A DNA stretch of 64,000 bases from an uncultured Bacteroidales bacterium (GTDB lineage Bacteria; Bacteroidota; Bacteroidia; Bacteroidales; F082), in NCBI GenBank assembly GCA_900317055.1, contig ONFF01000001.1:108259-172258 (forward strand), given 5' to 3'. Of this stretch, positions 17,771-27,009 are shown one piece after another. The notes under the pieces were generated by a model. It had not been told where the DNA came from. It ran no database searches and saw nothing but the letters and a program-made list of their open reading frames with translations. How positions within the stretch are numbered: position 1 is the first letter of the stretch; each line of letters begins with the position of its first letter. Made by a program: the position numbers and the translations under genes.

Positions 17771-19126
17771 TTATTCTTCCACTTGATTCACCACCACGAC
17801 ATTCTCGTTCTTTAAACGAACCTTCAGCCAGCGTTCAATGCGGTCGTGGTTCTCGGTAGGCATGGGTTCTTGTGTGGTGATGAAGGCTATGATCTGTTCG
17901 GAGGCAATGCTGTCGGATACATGGATTGATGCACCTCGGCTAAGGCTGACCTCAATGATGTTTGGGTATTGCGTGAACAGCTCTTTGGAAATAGCATCGA
18001 CGGGAATCTCTTTCGATTGATAGTCGGAAAGTGTAGCCGTCAACTTGGCGATGCTGTCGTTCAACATTTTGATTTGCTGGTCAGAATGTTCGTAGATGCC
18101 TTTCACGATTTCTGTTTCAGAGAGATCTTGTCGCATGCTGGTGGCGTCTTCGTGGAAAACGATTTGGCTGCGTGTGATGCCGTATGCTTCCGCGCTGTTG
18201 TACAGTTTCTTCTTGGCTTCTTCGGTCAATGTTTCACCGGCAAGGAACAATTCTAATTTGGGTGCTTTGCGCGAATAGGTGGCCTTATGGTCGTAGATGA
18301 AACATTTGCCAAGGTTCTTGTTTTCGGCTACCACCTTCTCGGCATGAATGTTGAAGTTGTTCTCCTTAATCGTGTTGATGGCGGTTATAATACTGGGAAC
18401 CAATACGATAGTGAGGATGATGTAGACCGCAGCTTTGGGTAGGTGCTTACGGGTTTCACCTGAGGCCTCGACGATGGGAAAGCGGAAGTATTTCACTGCG
18501 GCAAAGGTGGCCAAGGCAATGAAAATGCTGTTGATGATAAAGAGGTAGAGTGCGCCGAAGATGACCGAACCCTTCCAGATGGAGATGCCGTAGCCTACTG
18601 TGCAAAGTGGCGGCATGAGCGCTGTGGCGATGGCGACTCCAGTAATGACGCTGCCTTTGTCCTTGCGCGAGGTCTCAATGATGCCTGCCAGTCCACCGAA
18701 AAGGGCAATCAAGACATCGTAAATTGTAGGATTGGTTCTTGCCAAGAGCTCCGAAGGATTGGCCAAACTCAAGGGACTGAGCAGGAAAAACAAAGAAGAG
18801 GCGATGATGCTGATGATGACCATCACGCTGAAATTCTTCATCGAGTCCTTCACAAGCTGATTGTCTTCAGTGCCGAGTCCCAAACCGAAGCCTAAAATGG
18901 GTCCCATCACGGGAGAGACTAACATGGCGCCGATGATGACGGGGATGGAGTTGACATTCAAACCCACCGAGGCAATAATGATGGCGCAGGCCAAAATGAA
19001 GACATTGGTGCCTTTGAAGGCGATGTTTTTGCGGATAGACGCACTGGCATTCTCATAGTCGATCTCGTCGGAGAGGTGGATGAGGGATCTCAAATATACA
19101 AGAATCCTACGGATGATGTTTTTCAT
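17771..19126 (-). CDS. DUF389 (TIGR00341-like) integral membrane protein
   Basis: Multi-TM N-terminal half with NSIPVIIGAMLVSPVMGPILGFGLG, and a soluble C-terminal half. The ORF-track start at 19186 is TTG; the first ATG (MKNIIRR) is at 19126. Confidence 0.8.
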   Translation of the reverse strand: MKNIIRRILVYLRSLIHLSDEIDYENASASIRKNIAFKGTNVFILACAIIIASVGLNVNSIPVIIGAMLVSPVMGPILGFGLGLGTEDNQLVKDSMKNFSVMVIISIIASSLFFLLSPLSLANPSELLARTNPTIYDVLIALFGGLAGIIETSRKDKGSVITGVAIATALMPPLCTVGYGISIWKGSVIFGALYLFIINSIFIALATFAAVKYFRFPIVEASGETRKHLPKAAVYIILTIVLVPSIITAINTIKENNFNIHAEKVVAENKNLGKCFIYDHKATYSRKAPKLELFLAGETLTEEAKKKLYNSAEAYGITRSQIVFHEDATSMRQDLSETEIVKGIYEHSDQQIKMLNDSIAKLTATLSDYQSKEIPVDAISKELFTQYPNIIEVSLSRGASIHVSDSIASEQIIAFITTQEPMPTENHDRIERWLKVRLKNENVVVVNQVEE

Positions 19127-19182
19127 AGGTTGATCTCTTTGTAAATTGCAAAGAACAGCATTTTTCTTGAATTGTGCAAGAA

Positions 19183-20637
19183 TCAACGGCGGAAAATGCT
19201 TCTGATGGCAATTAGCATGGGGAAGATCTCGACGCGGCCTAAGAGCATGATGAGCATGGCAGCCACTTTCTGGAAACCTAAAAATCCAGCATAGTTGCCC
19301 ATTGAACCGACTTCACCGAAACCAGGACCGACGCTGCCTATGCAGGCAATCGAAGCCGTGAGTGAGGTTTTGAAGTCCATGCTGAGGGCGAAAATGAGGG
19401 AGCCGATGGCAATGATAAGGATATAAGTGCCCATAAAGGCTAATATCGAGGTGACGTTTCCTTCTGTCTTTACCTGTCCATCTAGCTTGATTCTGTTGAC
19501 ATTTTTGAACCCAATAAGCGAGTTTACCATGCCTTTCAGGCTCTTGACGACGATGACGAAACGGTCCATTTTCATGCCGCCCGAGGTGGAACCTGAGCAT
19601 CCACAGACCAAAGAGCAAAGCAATAGAATAGCCATGCTACCCGTTGGCCATAGGTTGGTGTCGGCGGTGGCGAAGCCGGTCGTTGTTGATAGGGAACAAA
19701 CTTGGAAAGCCGCCAAACGCAAAGCCTTCGGGAAAGAAGTGCAATAACCACTGAAGTACAGGTTGGCCGTGACAGCGAGAATAGCAATGGTGACAAGCGC
19801 CAAAAACCATCGTACGACTTGTGTGTTAAAGAGGGTTTTGCGGTTGCCTTTGTCGGGCCAAACTGTCGAGAACATCAGGCTGAAATTGGTGGCACCCATC
19901 AACATGGCAATGCAAAGGATGGCTTCGACAACCCAACTGTCATAAAAACCTACGCTGATGTTTTTGGTGCAGAAGCCGCAGGTGCTGCAGGCCGACATAG
20001 CCAAGGTAGTGGCATCAAACCAAGGCATTTTCGTGAGTCGTAAGGCAATGGCCGAAACAGAAGTGATGATCAGATAAACGACAATCATTCTATAGACGAA
20101 ATGCTTCTTCCGCCCACCATAATATGATTTAGCGAGGTCCGACAGTTCCGCGCTGGCCAAAACGGAATGACGGTCATGCTGCCCGGAGATGACCAAAGAG
20201 ACAAGGGTGACGATGCCGATGCCGCCAATCCAAGCCGAAGCTATACGCCAGAACTGCAAGCCATTGGGAAGCGCTTCAATGTTATTGAGGATGGAAGCAC
20301 CTGTTGTGGTAAAGCCTGAGACGCTTTCAAAGAAAGCGTTGACGACGGTAAACTCTCCGCCAAACAAAAGATAAGGAATAGCTCCGAAGATGCAGGCCGC
20401 AATCCAACAACCCGTGACGATGCGGAAACCATCCTCAATGGTCATCTTTTCTTGGGGCTTGGTGCCGATGATGGCAAAAAAGCCACTGAGAAGCGAGGCC
20501 ATGCCCGAGAAGACCAAAGGGTCAAAACTATCATCTGTGTTGTTCCTGAAAGCGATGAACGCTGAGATAAACATTAGTATGGCAACACCGATCAAGGAGA
20601 AGCCTGCATAACGGATAGTGGTATTCCATTTCTTCAT
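19183..20637 (-). CDS. trkH: TrkH-family potassium uptake protein
   Basis: Polytopic, with four selectivity-loop-like segments (SGFTTTGAS, CSTCGF, STTTGFAT, GSVGPGFG) and GSTSGGMK. The ATG (MKKWNTT) is at 20637. Confidence 0.88.
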   Translation of the reverse strand: MKKWNTTIRYAGFSLIGVAILMFISAFIAFRNNTDDSFDPLVFSGMASLLSGFFAIIGTKPQEKMTIEDGFRIVTGCWIAACIFGAIPYLLFGGEFTVVNAFFESVSGFTTTGASILNNIEALPNGLQFWRIASAWIGGIGIVTLVSLVISGQHDRHSVLASAELSDLAKSYYGGRKKHFVYRMIVVYLIITSVSAIALRLTKMPWFDATTLAMSACSTCGFCTKNISVGFYDSWVVEAILCIAMLMGATNFSLMFSTVWPDKGNRKTLFNTQVVRWFLALVTIAILAVTANLYFSGYCTSFPKALRLAAFQVCSLSTTTGFATADTNLWPTGSMAILLLCSLVCGCSGSTSGGMKMDRFVIVVKSLKGMVNSLIGFKNVNRIKLDGQVKTEGNVTSILAFMGTYILIIAIGSLIFALSMDFKTSLTASIACIGSVGPGFGEVGSMGNYAGFLGFQKVAAMLIMLLGRVEIFPMLIAIRSIFRR

Positions 20638-20706
20638 TTTTGTTCGGTTTAAAATGATGACAGCAAAAATATTGGGGCAAACTTTATGAGTCAATACAAT
20701 AATATT

Positions 20707-20714
20707 TATCTTTG
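20707..20714 (+). promoter_or_regulatory. -7 box TATCTTTG for the LysR-family gene
   Basis: Matches TAnnTTTG and lies 55 nt before the ATG at 20769. Confidence 0.5.
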
Positions 20715-20715
20715 C

Positions 20716-20730
20716 ATTGATAAAATCAAT
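20716..20730 (+). promoter_or_regulatory. perfect palindrome ATTGAT-AAA-ATCAAT (T-N11-A LysR-type box)
   Basis: Lies immediately downstream of the -7 box in the trkH/LysR divergent region. It fits the T-N11-A architecture used by LysR-type regulators for autoregulation. Confidence 0.45.
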
Positions 20731-20768
20731 AATTCCCCCTTTTAAGGGGGATATGGGGGATTACAGAG

Positions 20769-21695
20769 ATGACTTTACAACAATTGGAATACATCATCGC
20801 CGTGGAACAGCATGGTTATTTTGTCAATGCGGCTGATGCCTGTGCCGTGACGCAATCAACACTGAGTCTGATGATTAAGAAGCTGGAGGAGGAGTTGGAT
20901 ATCAAAATCTTCAATCGCGACACGCATCCTGTCACGGTCACCGAAATGGGCCGGAAGGTGATTGACGAGGCAAAGATGGCGGTCTATCACACGAAGCAGT
21001 TGCTGGAACTGACCCGCACGGAGAAGGAACAGTCATCGGGTGACCTCAGCATAGCCATGACAACGACAGTAGCACCCGTGTTGATGCCTGGTCTGTTCCA
21101 TTACATGCGGACAAAAAACGCAGCGATTCGTCTTCGAGTGGAGGAGATGATTACAGCGACTATCATTACCAAATTGAAAAAAGCCGAGGTCGACATGGGC
21201 ATTATCACCTATCCCGTCAACGACCCCGATTTGCTGGAGGTGCCGTTGTATCATGAGCGTTTTTTTGCCTATGTTTCGCCACAAGATGCCTTGTATCAAG
21301 CGGAAAGCGTTGAGCGAAAGCATCTGCTAGAGCATAAGGTATGGACGATGAAAGACGGCGTGAGGCTAATTGACCGTTCGAAGGTGAGGTCGGAGGAAGA
21401 GATTACCTACGACAAGCTGTATGAAGGTGGCCGTGTGGGCATCCTAATTCAGATTGTCAACGAAAATGGGGGCATCACCATCGTGCCGGAGTCGCATTTG
21501 CATTTGTTGCCGGAAACCGTAAAAGACCGTATCAGGCCGATTGTCAACCCTGAGCCTCAGCGAACGATAGGCTTGGCCTTCAGGAAGGACTATGTGCACG
21601 AGCGTATGATGAACATTGTCATCAAGGCCATCAAAACGATGGTGCCGTCGGAGTTCCTCGATGGCGTGATTCGTGCAGATTATCTGAGACTATAA
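20769..21695 (+). CDS. LysR-family transcriptional regulator (OxyR-like)
   Basis: wHTH segment MTLQQLEYIIAVEQHGYFVNAADACAVTQSTLSLMIKKLEEELDIKIFNR followed by a ~200-aa effector domain. Confidence 0.88.
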   Translation: MTLQQLEYIIAVEQHGYFVNAADACAVTQSTLSLMIKKLEEELDIKIFNRDTHPVTVTEMGRKVIDEAKMAVYHTKQLLELTRTEKEQSSGDLSIAMTTTVAPVLMPGLFHYMRTKNAAIRLRVEEMITATIITKLKKAEVDMGIITYPVNDPDLLEVPLYHERFFAYVSPQDALYQAESVERKHLLEHKVWTMKDGVRLIDRSKVRSEEEITYDKLYEGGRVGILIQIVNENGGITIVPESHLHLLPETVKDRIRPIVNPEPQRTIGLAFRKDYVHERMMNIVIKAIKTMVPSEFLDGVIRADYLRL

Positions 21696-22142
21696 CTTGG
21701 AGGCTACCACTTCTGCAATTTGTTCCAGCCATTCCTTGTCGATGGCATCAAAAGTGGCCAGTTTCTCGCTGTCGATGTCCAACACGCCGATGACTTCTTC
21801 ATCTTTATATAAAGGCACTACGATCTCGCTTCGCGATTCCGAACTGCAAGCGATGTGGCCAGGGAATTGTTCCACATCTTCCACGACAAGGGTTTTCTTT
21901 TCTTTCCATGATGTGCCGCACACACCCTTGCCGAAACCGATGCGGGTGCAGGCTACGGGACCTTGGAAGGGACCGAGCACAAGTTGCTCGCCGATGACAC
22001 GGTAGAAGCCCGTCCACCAGAAGTGGAAGGCCTCTTGGATTAGTGCGGCCACGTTGGCCATATTGGCGACGGTGTCGCTCTCGTCTTTTACCATCGCCTT
22101 GACTTGGGCGAGGAGGAGTTTGTAGGTTTCGTTTTTATCCAT
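21690..22142 (-). CDS. GAF-domain protein, free methionine-(R)-sulfoxide reductase-like
   Basis: 150 aa with GFYRV..LVLGPFQGPVACTRIGFGKGVCGTSW and GHIACSSESRSEIVVPL. Its 3' end overlaps the convergent LysR gene by 6 nt. Confidence 0.8.
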   Translation of the reverse strand: MDKNETYKLLLAQVKAMVKDESDTVANMANVAALIQEAFHFWWTGFYRVIGEQLVLGPFQGPVACTRIGFGKGVCGTSWKEKKTLVVEDVEQFPGHIACSSESRSEIVVPLYKDEEVIGVLDIDSEKLATFDAIDKEWLEQIAEVVASKL

Positions 22143-22265
22143 GTTTGTTGTCTTAGCCCCACACTGCGCTGCGCTTGTGTGGGGTAAATAAAGTGTCGTC
22201 TCTTCGAGATGGGTTTGGACTGCAAAAGTAGTGAAAAACTTGAATCTTTAAATCTTGAATTTTCT

Positions 22266-22273
22266 TACCTTTG
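22266..22273 (+). promoter_or_regulatory. -7 box TACCTTTG
   Basis: Lies 26 nt before the ATG at 22299. Confidence 0.5.
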
Positions 22274-22298
22274 CACCCCGTTTAAAATAGCGTGTAAA

Positions 22299-23567
22299 AT
22301 GAAAAAAGATATTCTCGTATTGCTGCTTACAGGTTACCTCGGTAGCGGCAAGACCACAGTGGTCAACAAGATACTGAACAACCGTAAAGGTATTAAGTTC
22401 GCCGTGATTGTCAACGACATAGGCGAAGTGAACATCGATGCAGACTTGATTGAAAAAGGTGGCGTGGTTGGGCAGAAGGACGACAGCCTGGTCGCTTTGC
22501 AGAACGGTTGCATCTGCTGCACCTTGAAGATGGATCTTATCCAACAGTTGCATGAAATCATCGTTATGCAGCGCTTTGACTATATTGTTATCGAGGCCAG
22601 TGGCATCTGCGAGCCGGAACCTATCGCCCAGACGATTTGTTCCTTCCCCGACATGGCTTGGCAACTCACCAAGGACGGTATTCCCATCTTAGACTGTATT
22701 GTGACCGTTGTCGATGCATTGCGTATGCAGAGCGAGTTTGCCTGCGGCGATGACCTGATGAAGAAGAATCTGGCCGAGGATGACTTGGAAAGTCTTGTCA
22801 TCCAGCAGATTGAGTTCTGCAACATCATCCTGCTCAACAAGGCCTCTGAGGTCACGCCTGAGGAACTGGGTCGCGTTAAGAGCATCATCCGTGCCTTGCA
22901 GCCCACCGCCGAAATCATCACCTGCGACTATGGCGATGTCGACTTCGACAAGATCCTCAATACCAAGATGTTTGACTTTGACAAAGTTGCTACCTCTGCA
23001 ACCTGGATCAAGGAAGTGGAAGGCGCTGTAGTTGAAGACGATGACGATGATGATGAACATGAGCACCATCATCACGATGACGATGAGGATGAGCACGAGC
23101 ATCATCACCATCATCATGATCATGACGATGATGACGAGGAAGAGGAGCATGGCCATCACCATCATCATCACCACGACCACGAAGGCGGTGAGGTGGAGGA
23201 ATACGGTATCGGCACCTTTGTGTATTACCGTCGTGAGCCGTTCAACATGGCGCGATTCGATGAGTTTGTGGCGCGCAAGATGCCGAAGAATGTCATCCGC
23301 GTGAAGGGCATCTGCTACTTCAAGAACGAATACGACAACTGCTACATCTTCGAGCAGGCAGGCAAGCAAGTGCAGTTGCGCGACGCTGGCCTGTGGTTTG
23401 CCACCATGCCCGCCAACGAGCTAGCCATGATGATGGATCGCGAGCCCACCCTTCGCCGCGACTGGGATGACACCTACGGCGACCGCATGCAGAAGCTCGT
23501 CTTCATCGGCCAGCATCTTGACAAGGATGCCTTGGTGAAGGATCTGGACGCTTGCTTGACGAGGTAA
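22299..23567 (+). CDS. COG0523/CobW-family GTPase, putative zinc metallochaperone
   Basis: P-loop GYLGSGKTT and GCICCT metal motif. A His/Asp/Glu tract of about 50 aa lies at nt 23034-23183, followed by a CobW C-terminal domain. Confidence 0.9.
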   Translation: MKKDILVLLLTGYLGSGKTTVVNKILNNRKGIKFAVIVNDIGEVNIDADLIEKGGVVGQKDDSLVALQNGCICCTLKMDLIQQLHEIIVMQRFDYIVIEASGICEPEPIAQTICSFPDMAWQLTKDGIPILDCIVTVVDALRMQSEFACGDDLMKKNLAEDDLESLVIQQIEFCNIILLNKASEVTPEELGRVKSIIRALQPTAEIITCDYGDVDFDKILNTKMFDFDKVATSATWIKEVEGAVVEDDDDDDEHEHHHHDDDEDEHEHHHHHHDHDDDDEEEEHGHHHHHHHDHEGGEVEEYGIGTFVYYRREPFNMARFDEFVARKMPKNVIRVKGICYFKNEYDNCYIFEQAGKQVQLRDAGLWFATMPANELAMMMDREPTLRRDWDDTYGDRMQKLVFIGQHLDKDALVKDLDACLTR

Positions 23568-23614
23568 TTGCTTCGTCACAAAACCTACAAAACCTGTAAA
23601 ACATTTTTATTGTT

Positions 23615-23679
23615 GGAAAGCCTGCCAACCGGCGACTTTCCGGTTGCCCCATGGTTGGTAGGGCGGTCTTTCTTTTTTG
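23615..23679 (+). terminator. compound hairpin plus T-run
   Basis: Outer stem gaaagcctgcc/ggcggtctttc (imperfect) and inner stem caaccgg/ccggttg, followed by tttttt. Confidence 0.5.
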
Positions 23680-23709
23680 TAGTTTTGATTGTTTTGTGAT
23701 AAAAATCTG

Positions 23710-23717
23710 TATCTTTG
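23710..23717 (+). promoter_or_regulatory. -7 box TATCTTTG
   Basis: Lies 21 nt before the ATG at 23738. Confidence 0.5.
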
Positions 23718-23737
23718 ACCCTTCAAAACAGGGTGAT

Positions 23738-25180
23738 ATGGAACAAATCATACAAACAATTAGCGGATGGGTATGGAGTCCGGCGTTAGTGGCCATCTGC
23801 CTCTTGGCGGGACTCTATTTCTCCATCGGCACGCGCTTCGTGCAGGTGCGCCGTCTGCGTGAGATGGCGCGGCTGCTTTTTTCGACAGACAAGAGCCAGA
23901 AGACGGGTATCACCTCGTTTCAGGCATTTTCGATGGCTTTGTCGGGGCGCGTGGGTACGGGTAACATCGTAGGTGTGGCCACGGCCATCGGCTATGGTGG
24001 TCCTGGGGCCATCGTCTGGATGTGGATTATCGCTTTTTTGGGCGCAGGTTCTGCCTTCTCCGAGGCTACTTTAGCTCAAATCTATAAGGAAGAGCACAAA
24101 GGGCAGTTCCGTGGCGGACCGGCTTATTATATTGAGAAGGGTTTGCACAGCAAATGGCTTGCGGTAGCCTTTGCTGTTATCGCGGTGCTGGCCTGCGGCT
24201 TGTTTCTGCCGCCGGTACAGTCCAACGGTATCGCTATCTCGTTTGCCAATACCTTCCACATCAGCTCGGCATGGGCGGGTGCCATCGTGGCCTTGCTCAT
24301 CGGATTAGTGGTGATGGGCGGTGTGAAACGCATTGCTAATGTGGCGCAGATCGTGGCACCGTTTATGGCTGTTTTGTATGTCTTGCTCTCCCTTGTTGTG
24401 TTGGGCTTCCATATCCGCGAGGTGCCTACGGTCTTCATGGATATGCTCCGTAGTGCTTTCGGCATGAAAGAGGCCTTGGGTGGCATTTTGGGCAGCACCA
24501 TCGCGTGGGGCGTGAAGCGCGGTATCTATTCCAACGAAGCTGGACAGGGTACGGGTGCCATAGTGGCGGGTGCGGCCAAGGTCTCGCATCCCGTCAAGCA
24601 AGGACTGGTGCAGGCGTTTTCGGTGTATATCGATACCTTATTAGTGTGTACTGCCACTGCCGTGATGATTTTGGCCTGCAAGACCTATAATGTATTCGAT
24701 GCCTCGGGCAATCTTCTTGTGGCCGCCGAGGGTGTGGAACTGGGTGCGCCTGATGTGAGTTACACCTCTGCTGCTTTGGGTACGCTGTTGGGTGCCAACT
24801 GGGGCGGCATCATCGTTTCGTTTGCCCTGTTTTTCTTTGCCTTCACCACCATCATGGCATATTATTACTATGCCGAGACGAATCTAGTCTATCTCTTCGG
24901 CAAAGGCCGCAAGGAGCATGTCCTGATTTGGGTACTGCGTCTTGGTGTGGTGGGCATGGTGTTCTTCGGCTCGTTGCATGAGGCGCGTGCGATGTGGGAC
25001 CTCGGCGATATCGGTGTGGGCACCATGGCCTGGGTGAATATCATCGCTATCCTGCTCCTCTCACCCAAAGCTTTTAAGGCCCTGAAATCCTACGAGCGGC
25101 AGAAGAAGGAAGGCAAGGAGCCCGTCTTTGACCCGAAGGAAATTGGTGCAAAGGGTGCGGATTTTTGGGAAAACAAATAG
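23738..25180 (+). CDS. alanine/glycine:cation symporter (AGCS) family transporter
   Basis: Polytopic, with GRVGTGNIVGVATAIGYGGPGAIVWMW and SNEAGQGTGAIVAGAA motifs. The first plausible ATG (MEQIIQTISGW) is at 23738. Confidence 0.88.
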   Translation: MEQIIQTISGWVWSPALVAICLLAGLYFSIGTRFVQVRRLREMARLLFSTDKSQKTGITSFQAFSMALSGRVGTGNIVGVATAIGYGGPGAIVWMWIIAFLGAGSAFSEATLAQIYKEEHKGQFRGGPAYYIEKGLHSKWLAVAFAVIAVLACGLFLPPVQSNGIAISFANTFHISSAWAGAIVALLIGLVVMGGVKRIANVAQIVAPFMAVLYVLLSLVVLGFHIREVPTVFMDMLRSAFGMKEALGGILGSTIAWGVKRGIYSNEAGQGTGAIVAGAAKVSHPVKQGLVQAFSVYIDTLLVCTATAVMILACKTYNVFDASGNLLVAAEGVELGAPDVSYTSAALGTLLGANWGGIIVSFALFFFAFTTIMAYYYYAETNLVYLFGKGRKEHVLIWVLRLGVVGMVFFGSLHEARAMWDLGDIGVGTMAWVNIIAILLLSPKAFKALKSYERQKKEGKEPVFDPKEIGAKGADFWENK

Positions 25181-25208
25181 TATACGCTCTTCGATTTAGT
25201 GGCTTTTT

Positions 25209-25240
25209 TTTTGCGCAGAAAACCCGATTTTGCGCAGAAA
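25209..25240 (+). promoter_or_regulatory. direct repeat TTTTGCGCAGAAA x2 (19-bp period) upstream of the lipoprotein array
   Basis: Identical 13-mers at 25209-25221 and 25228-25240, about 60-90 nt upstream of the -7 box at 25297. Confidence 0.35.
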
Positions 25241-25296
25241 GTCCGCTTTTTTGCCGTTTTCAAATGTAGGAGCACCTTTCGCGCTGTCTATTTGAT

Positions 25297-25304
25297 TACT
25301 TTTG
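25297..25304 (+). promoter_or_regulatory. -7 box TACTTTTG for the lipoprotein array
   Basis: Lies 42 nt before the ATG at 25346. Confidence 0.5.
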
Positions 25305-25345
25305 TACCTCTTTTAATTAATGTTTAACAAATCAATCTCTAACAA

Positions 25346-25834
25346 ATGAAAAAAGTAATGTTTTTGCTCGCCACCCTGCTTATCGGTGGTATGATGTTCA
25401 CGGGCTGCAAAAAAGACAACCCGCAACCAACTCCTGATCCGACTCCTACGCCTACAACTGCCAAAGTGACCTATATGGTCGGCAACACTTATGGGCCTTT
25501 CACCACTTCCGATTGCTTCAAATACACCATCACTTATGTTGGTGCTGATGGTAACAAGGTTACGGTGAATGATGTCACCTTGCCTTGGACTTCACCCGAA
25601 CTCACGGTGAAGCTACCTTTCGATGCCAAGATGGAAGGGAAATATACCTATAAAGAGGAAGAACTTCCCGATCAAGTCGGTTTTGGACAAATTACGAGTA
25701 TCGTTTCTGGAAATAAGCCGATTGCCAATGGAGAGGGTGATATAATTGCATCCCTTGCGAAGGCTGGTTTTTTGCAATACATTTCGCAACATCCTGATGT
25801 GGTGAATTTCAGCCTCAGCGGTAGAGTTGAGTAA
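25346..25834 (+). CDS. small lipoprotein, paralog 1 of 4 (unknown family)
   Basis: MKKVMFLLATLLIGGMMFTGC lipobox, CKKD then a PT-rich linker, and conserved core VTVNDVTLPWTSPELTV. Confidence 0.8.
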   Translation: MKKVMFLLATLLIGGMMFTGCKKDNPQPTPDPTPTPTTAKVTYMVGNTYGPFTTSDCFKYTITYVGADGNKVTVNDVTLPWTSPELTVKLPFDAKMEGKYTYKEEELPDQVGFGQITSIVSGNKPIANGEGDIIASLAKAGFLQYISQHPDVVNFSLSGRVE

Positions 25835-25881
25835 TAATCTAAATCATATTTCTTTTATTAACCTCTTTAAAATTACTAAAA

Positions 25882-26358
25882 ATGAAAAAATTATCATTTT
25901 TGCTCGCCGCCCTGCTTATTGGTGGCATGATGTTCACGGGCTGCAAAAAAGAAGACCCGAAACCTACACCAGACCCAGTGTCGAAAACCGCCAAAGTGGT
26001 TTACAAGATTGGCAACACCTCTTTAAACCAAACAGTTTCGAATTGCTTCAAGTACACGGTTTCTTATCTTGGAGCTAACGGACAAATGGTTACGGTTAAC
26101 GATGTTACCCTGCCTTGGAGTTCTCCTGAAATCACTGTCACGCTTCCTTTCACTGCCAAAATTGAAGGCAATGCCACCTACAATGAAGCAGATCTTCCCG
26201 ATCCAGTGGTTTATGGCTGCATCTATTGCATTTCTGCAAATGGAATTGATTTCCAACATCAGGGAAGCCTCTATTCTGCTTCCAAGGAAGGCTTTATTCA
26301 CATTATGGCTGAAAATCCTGATGAACTGAAGTTCAGCTACTCGAAGACCATCGAATAA
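25882..26358 (+). CDS. small lipoprotein, paralog 2 of 4
   Basis: MKKLSFLLAALLIGGMMFTGCKKED with core VTVNDVTLPWSSPEITV. Closest to paralog 1. Confidence 0.8.
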   Translation: MKKLSFLLAALLIGGMMFTGCKKEDPKPTPDPVSKTAKVVYKIGNTSLNQTVSNCFKYTVSYLGANGQMVTVNDVTLPWSSPEITVTLPFTAKIEGNATYNEADLPDPVVYGCIYCISANGIDFQHQGSLYSASKEGFIHIMAENPDELKFSYSKTIE

Positions 26359-26428
26359 CAGAATGGATTTACGGAAATAGTGCATTTATAGAATCTTGTT
26401 ACCACTATAACATTATATCAAATTAATT

Positions 26429-26947
26429 ATGAAAAAAGTAATGTTTCTGCTCGCCACCCTGCTTATCGGTGGCATGATGTTCACGGGTTGCAAGAAAGAC
26501 AATCCGCAACCAACACCAGACACGCCTTCGACTCCTACCGAGACGACGAAGACGTTTGTCTATAAGGTAAACAATACTTTCCAAACTATGAGCGATGTTA
26601 CAGGTGCGTTGACTACACACACAATTTCACCATGCTTCCATTACACTTTCTCCTATAAGGATGCTGACGGGAAAATGGTCGAAGTTACTGACGCAACATT
26701 GCCTTGGACCAAAGAAATCAGCGTGAAGACTCCTTTTGAGGCCCAACTGAAAGGTAAGGTTACCTACAATGAAAGCGAAATTCCTACTCCCGTGTTTTTC
26801 GGTACGCTTGCTTCCATCGAACAAAGTACAGAGAATCATACAAAACCTGCTACGGGAAAGTATTTTGAAGACAAAGAGGATTTCCTCGAATACATCTCCA
26901 CAAATCCCCAAATGTTAGAATTTAACTACACTTTATCCATTAATTGA
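26429..26947 (+). CDS. small lipoprotein, paralog 3 of 4
   Basis: MKKVMFLLATLLIGGMMFTGCKKDNPQPTPDTPSTPTETTKT with core FHYTFSYKDADGKMVEVTDATLPWTKEISVKTPFEA. Confidence 0.8.
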   Translation: MKKVMFLLATLLIGGMMFTGCKKDNPQPTPDTPSTPTETTKTFVYKVNNTFQTMSDVTGALTTHTISPCFHYTFSYKDADGKMVEVTDATLPWTKEISVKTPFEAQLKGKVTYNESEIPTPVFFGTLASIEQSTENHTKPATGKYFEDKEDFLEYISTNPQMLEFNYTLSIN

Positions 26948-27009
26948 TGGGTAAGGTGTTACTTATGAACACTTTTATAAATTATGTTCAACCAACAAAA
27001 ATCAAACAA

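Noticed and set aside
17520-17859. Small ORFs overlapping tRNA-Ala(CGC) and its terminator.
   Set aside because: They are explained by the tRNA gene, its promoter and the bidirectional terminator.
19183-20637. TrkH without an adjacent TrkA as a possible degraded or novel transport system.
   Set aside because: The trkH ORF is intact with all four pore loops. trkA may simply be encoded elsewhere, so the absence is not informative within one window.
22689-23369. 226-aa antisense ORF and 90-aa alternate-frame ORF over the His-rich tract.
   Set aside because: These are artefacts of the GAT/GAC/CAT/CAC repeat coding region, giving M/I/V-rich nonsense on the other strand or frame.
23568-23737. Possible glycine riboswitch upstream of the alanine/glycine:cation symporter.
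   Set aside because: I could not find the conserved glycine-aptamer cores. The region is better explained as the terminator of the upstream gene plus a promoter.
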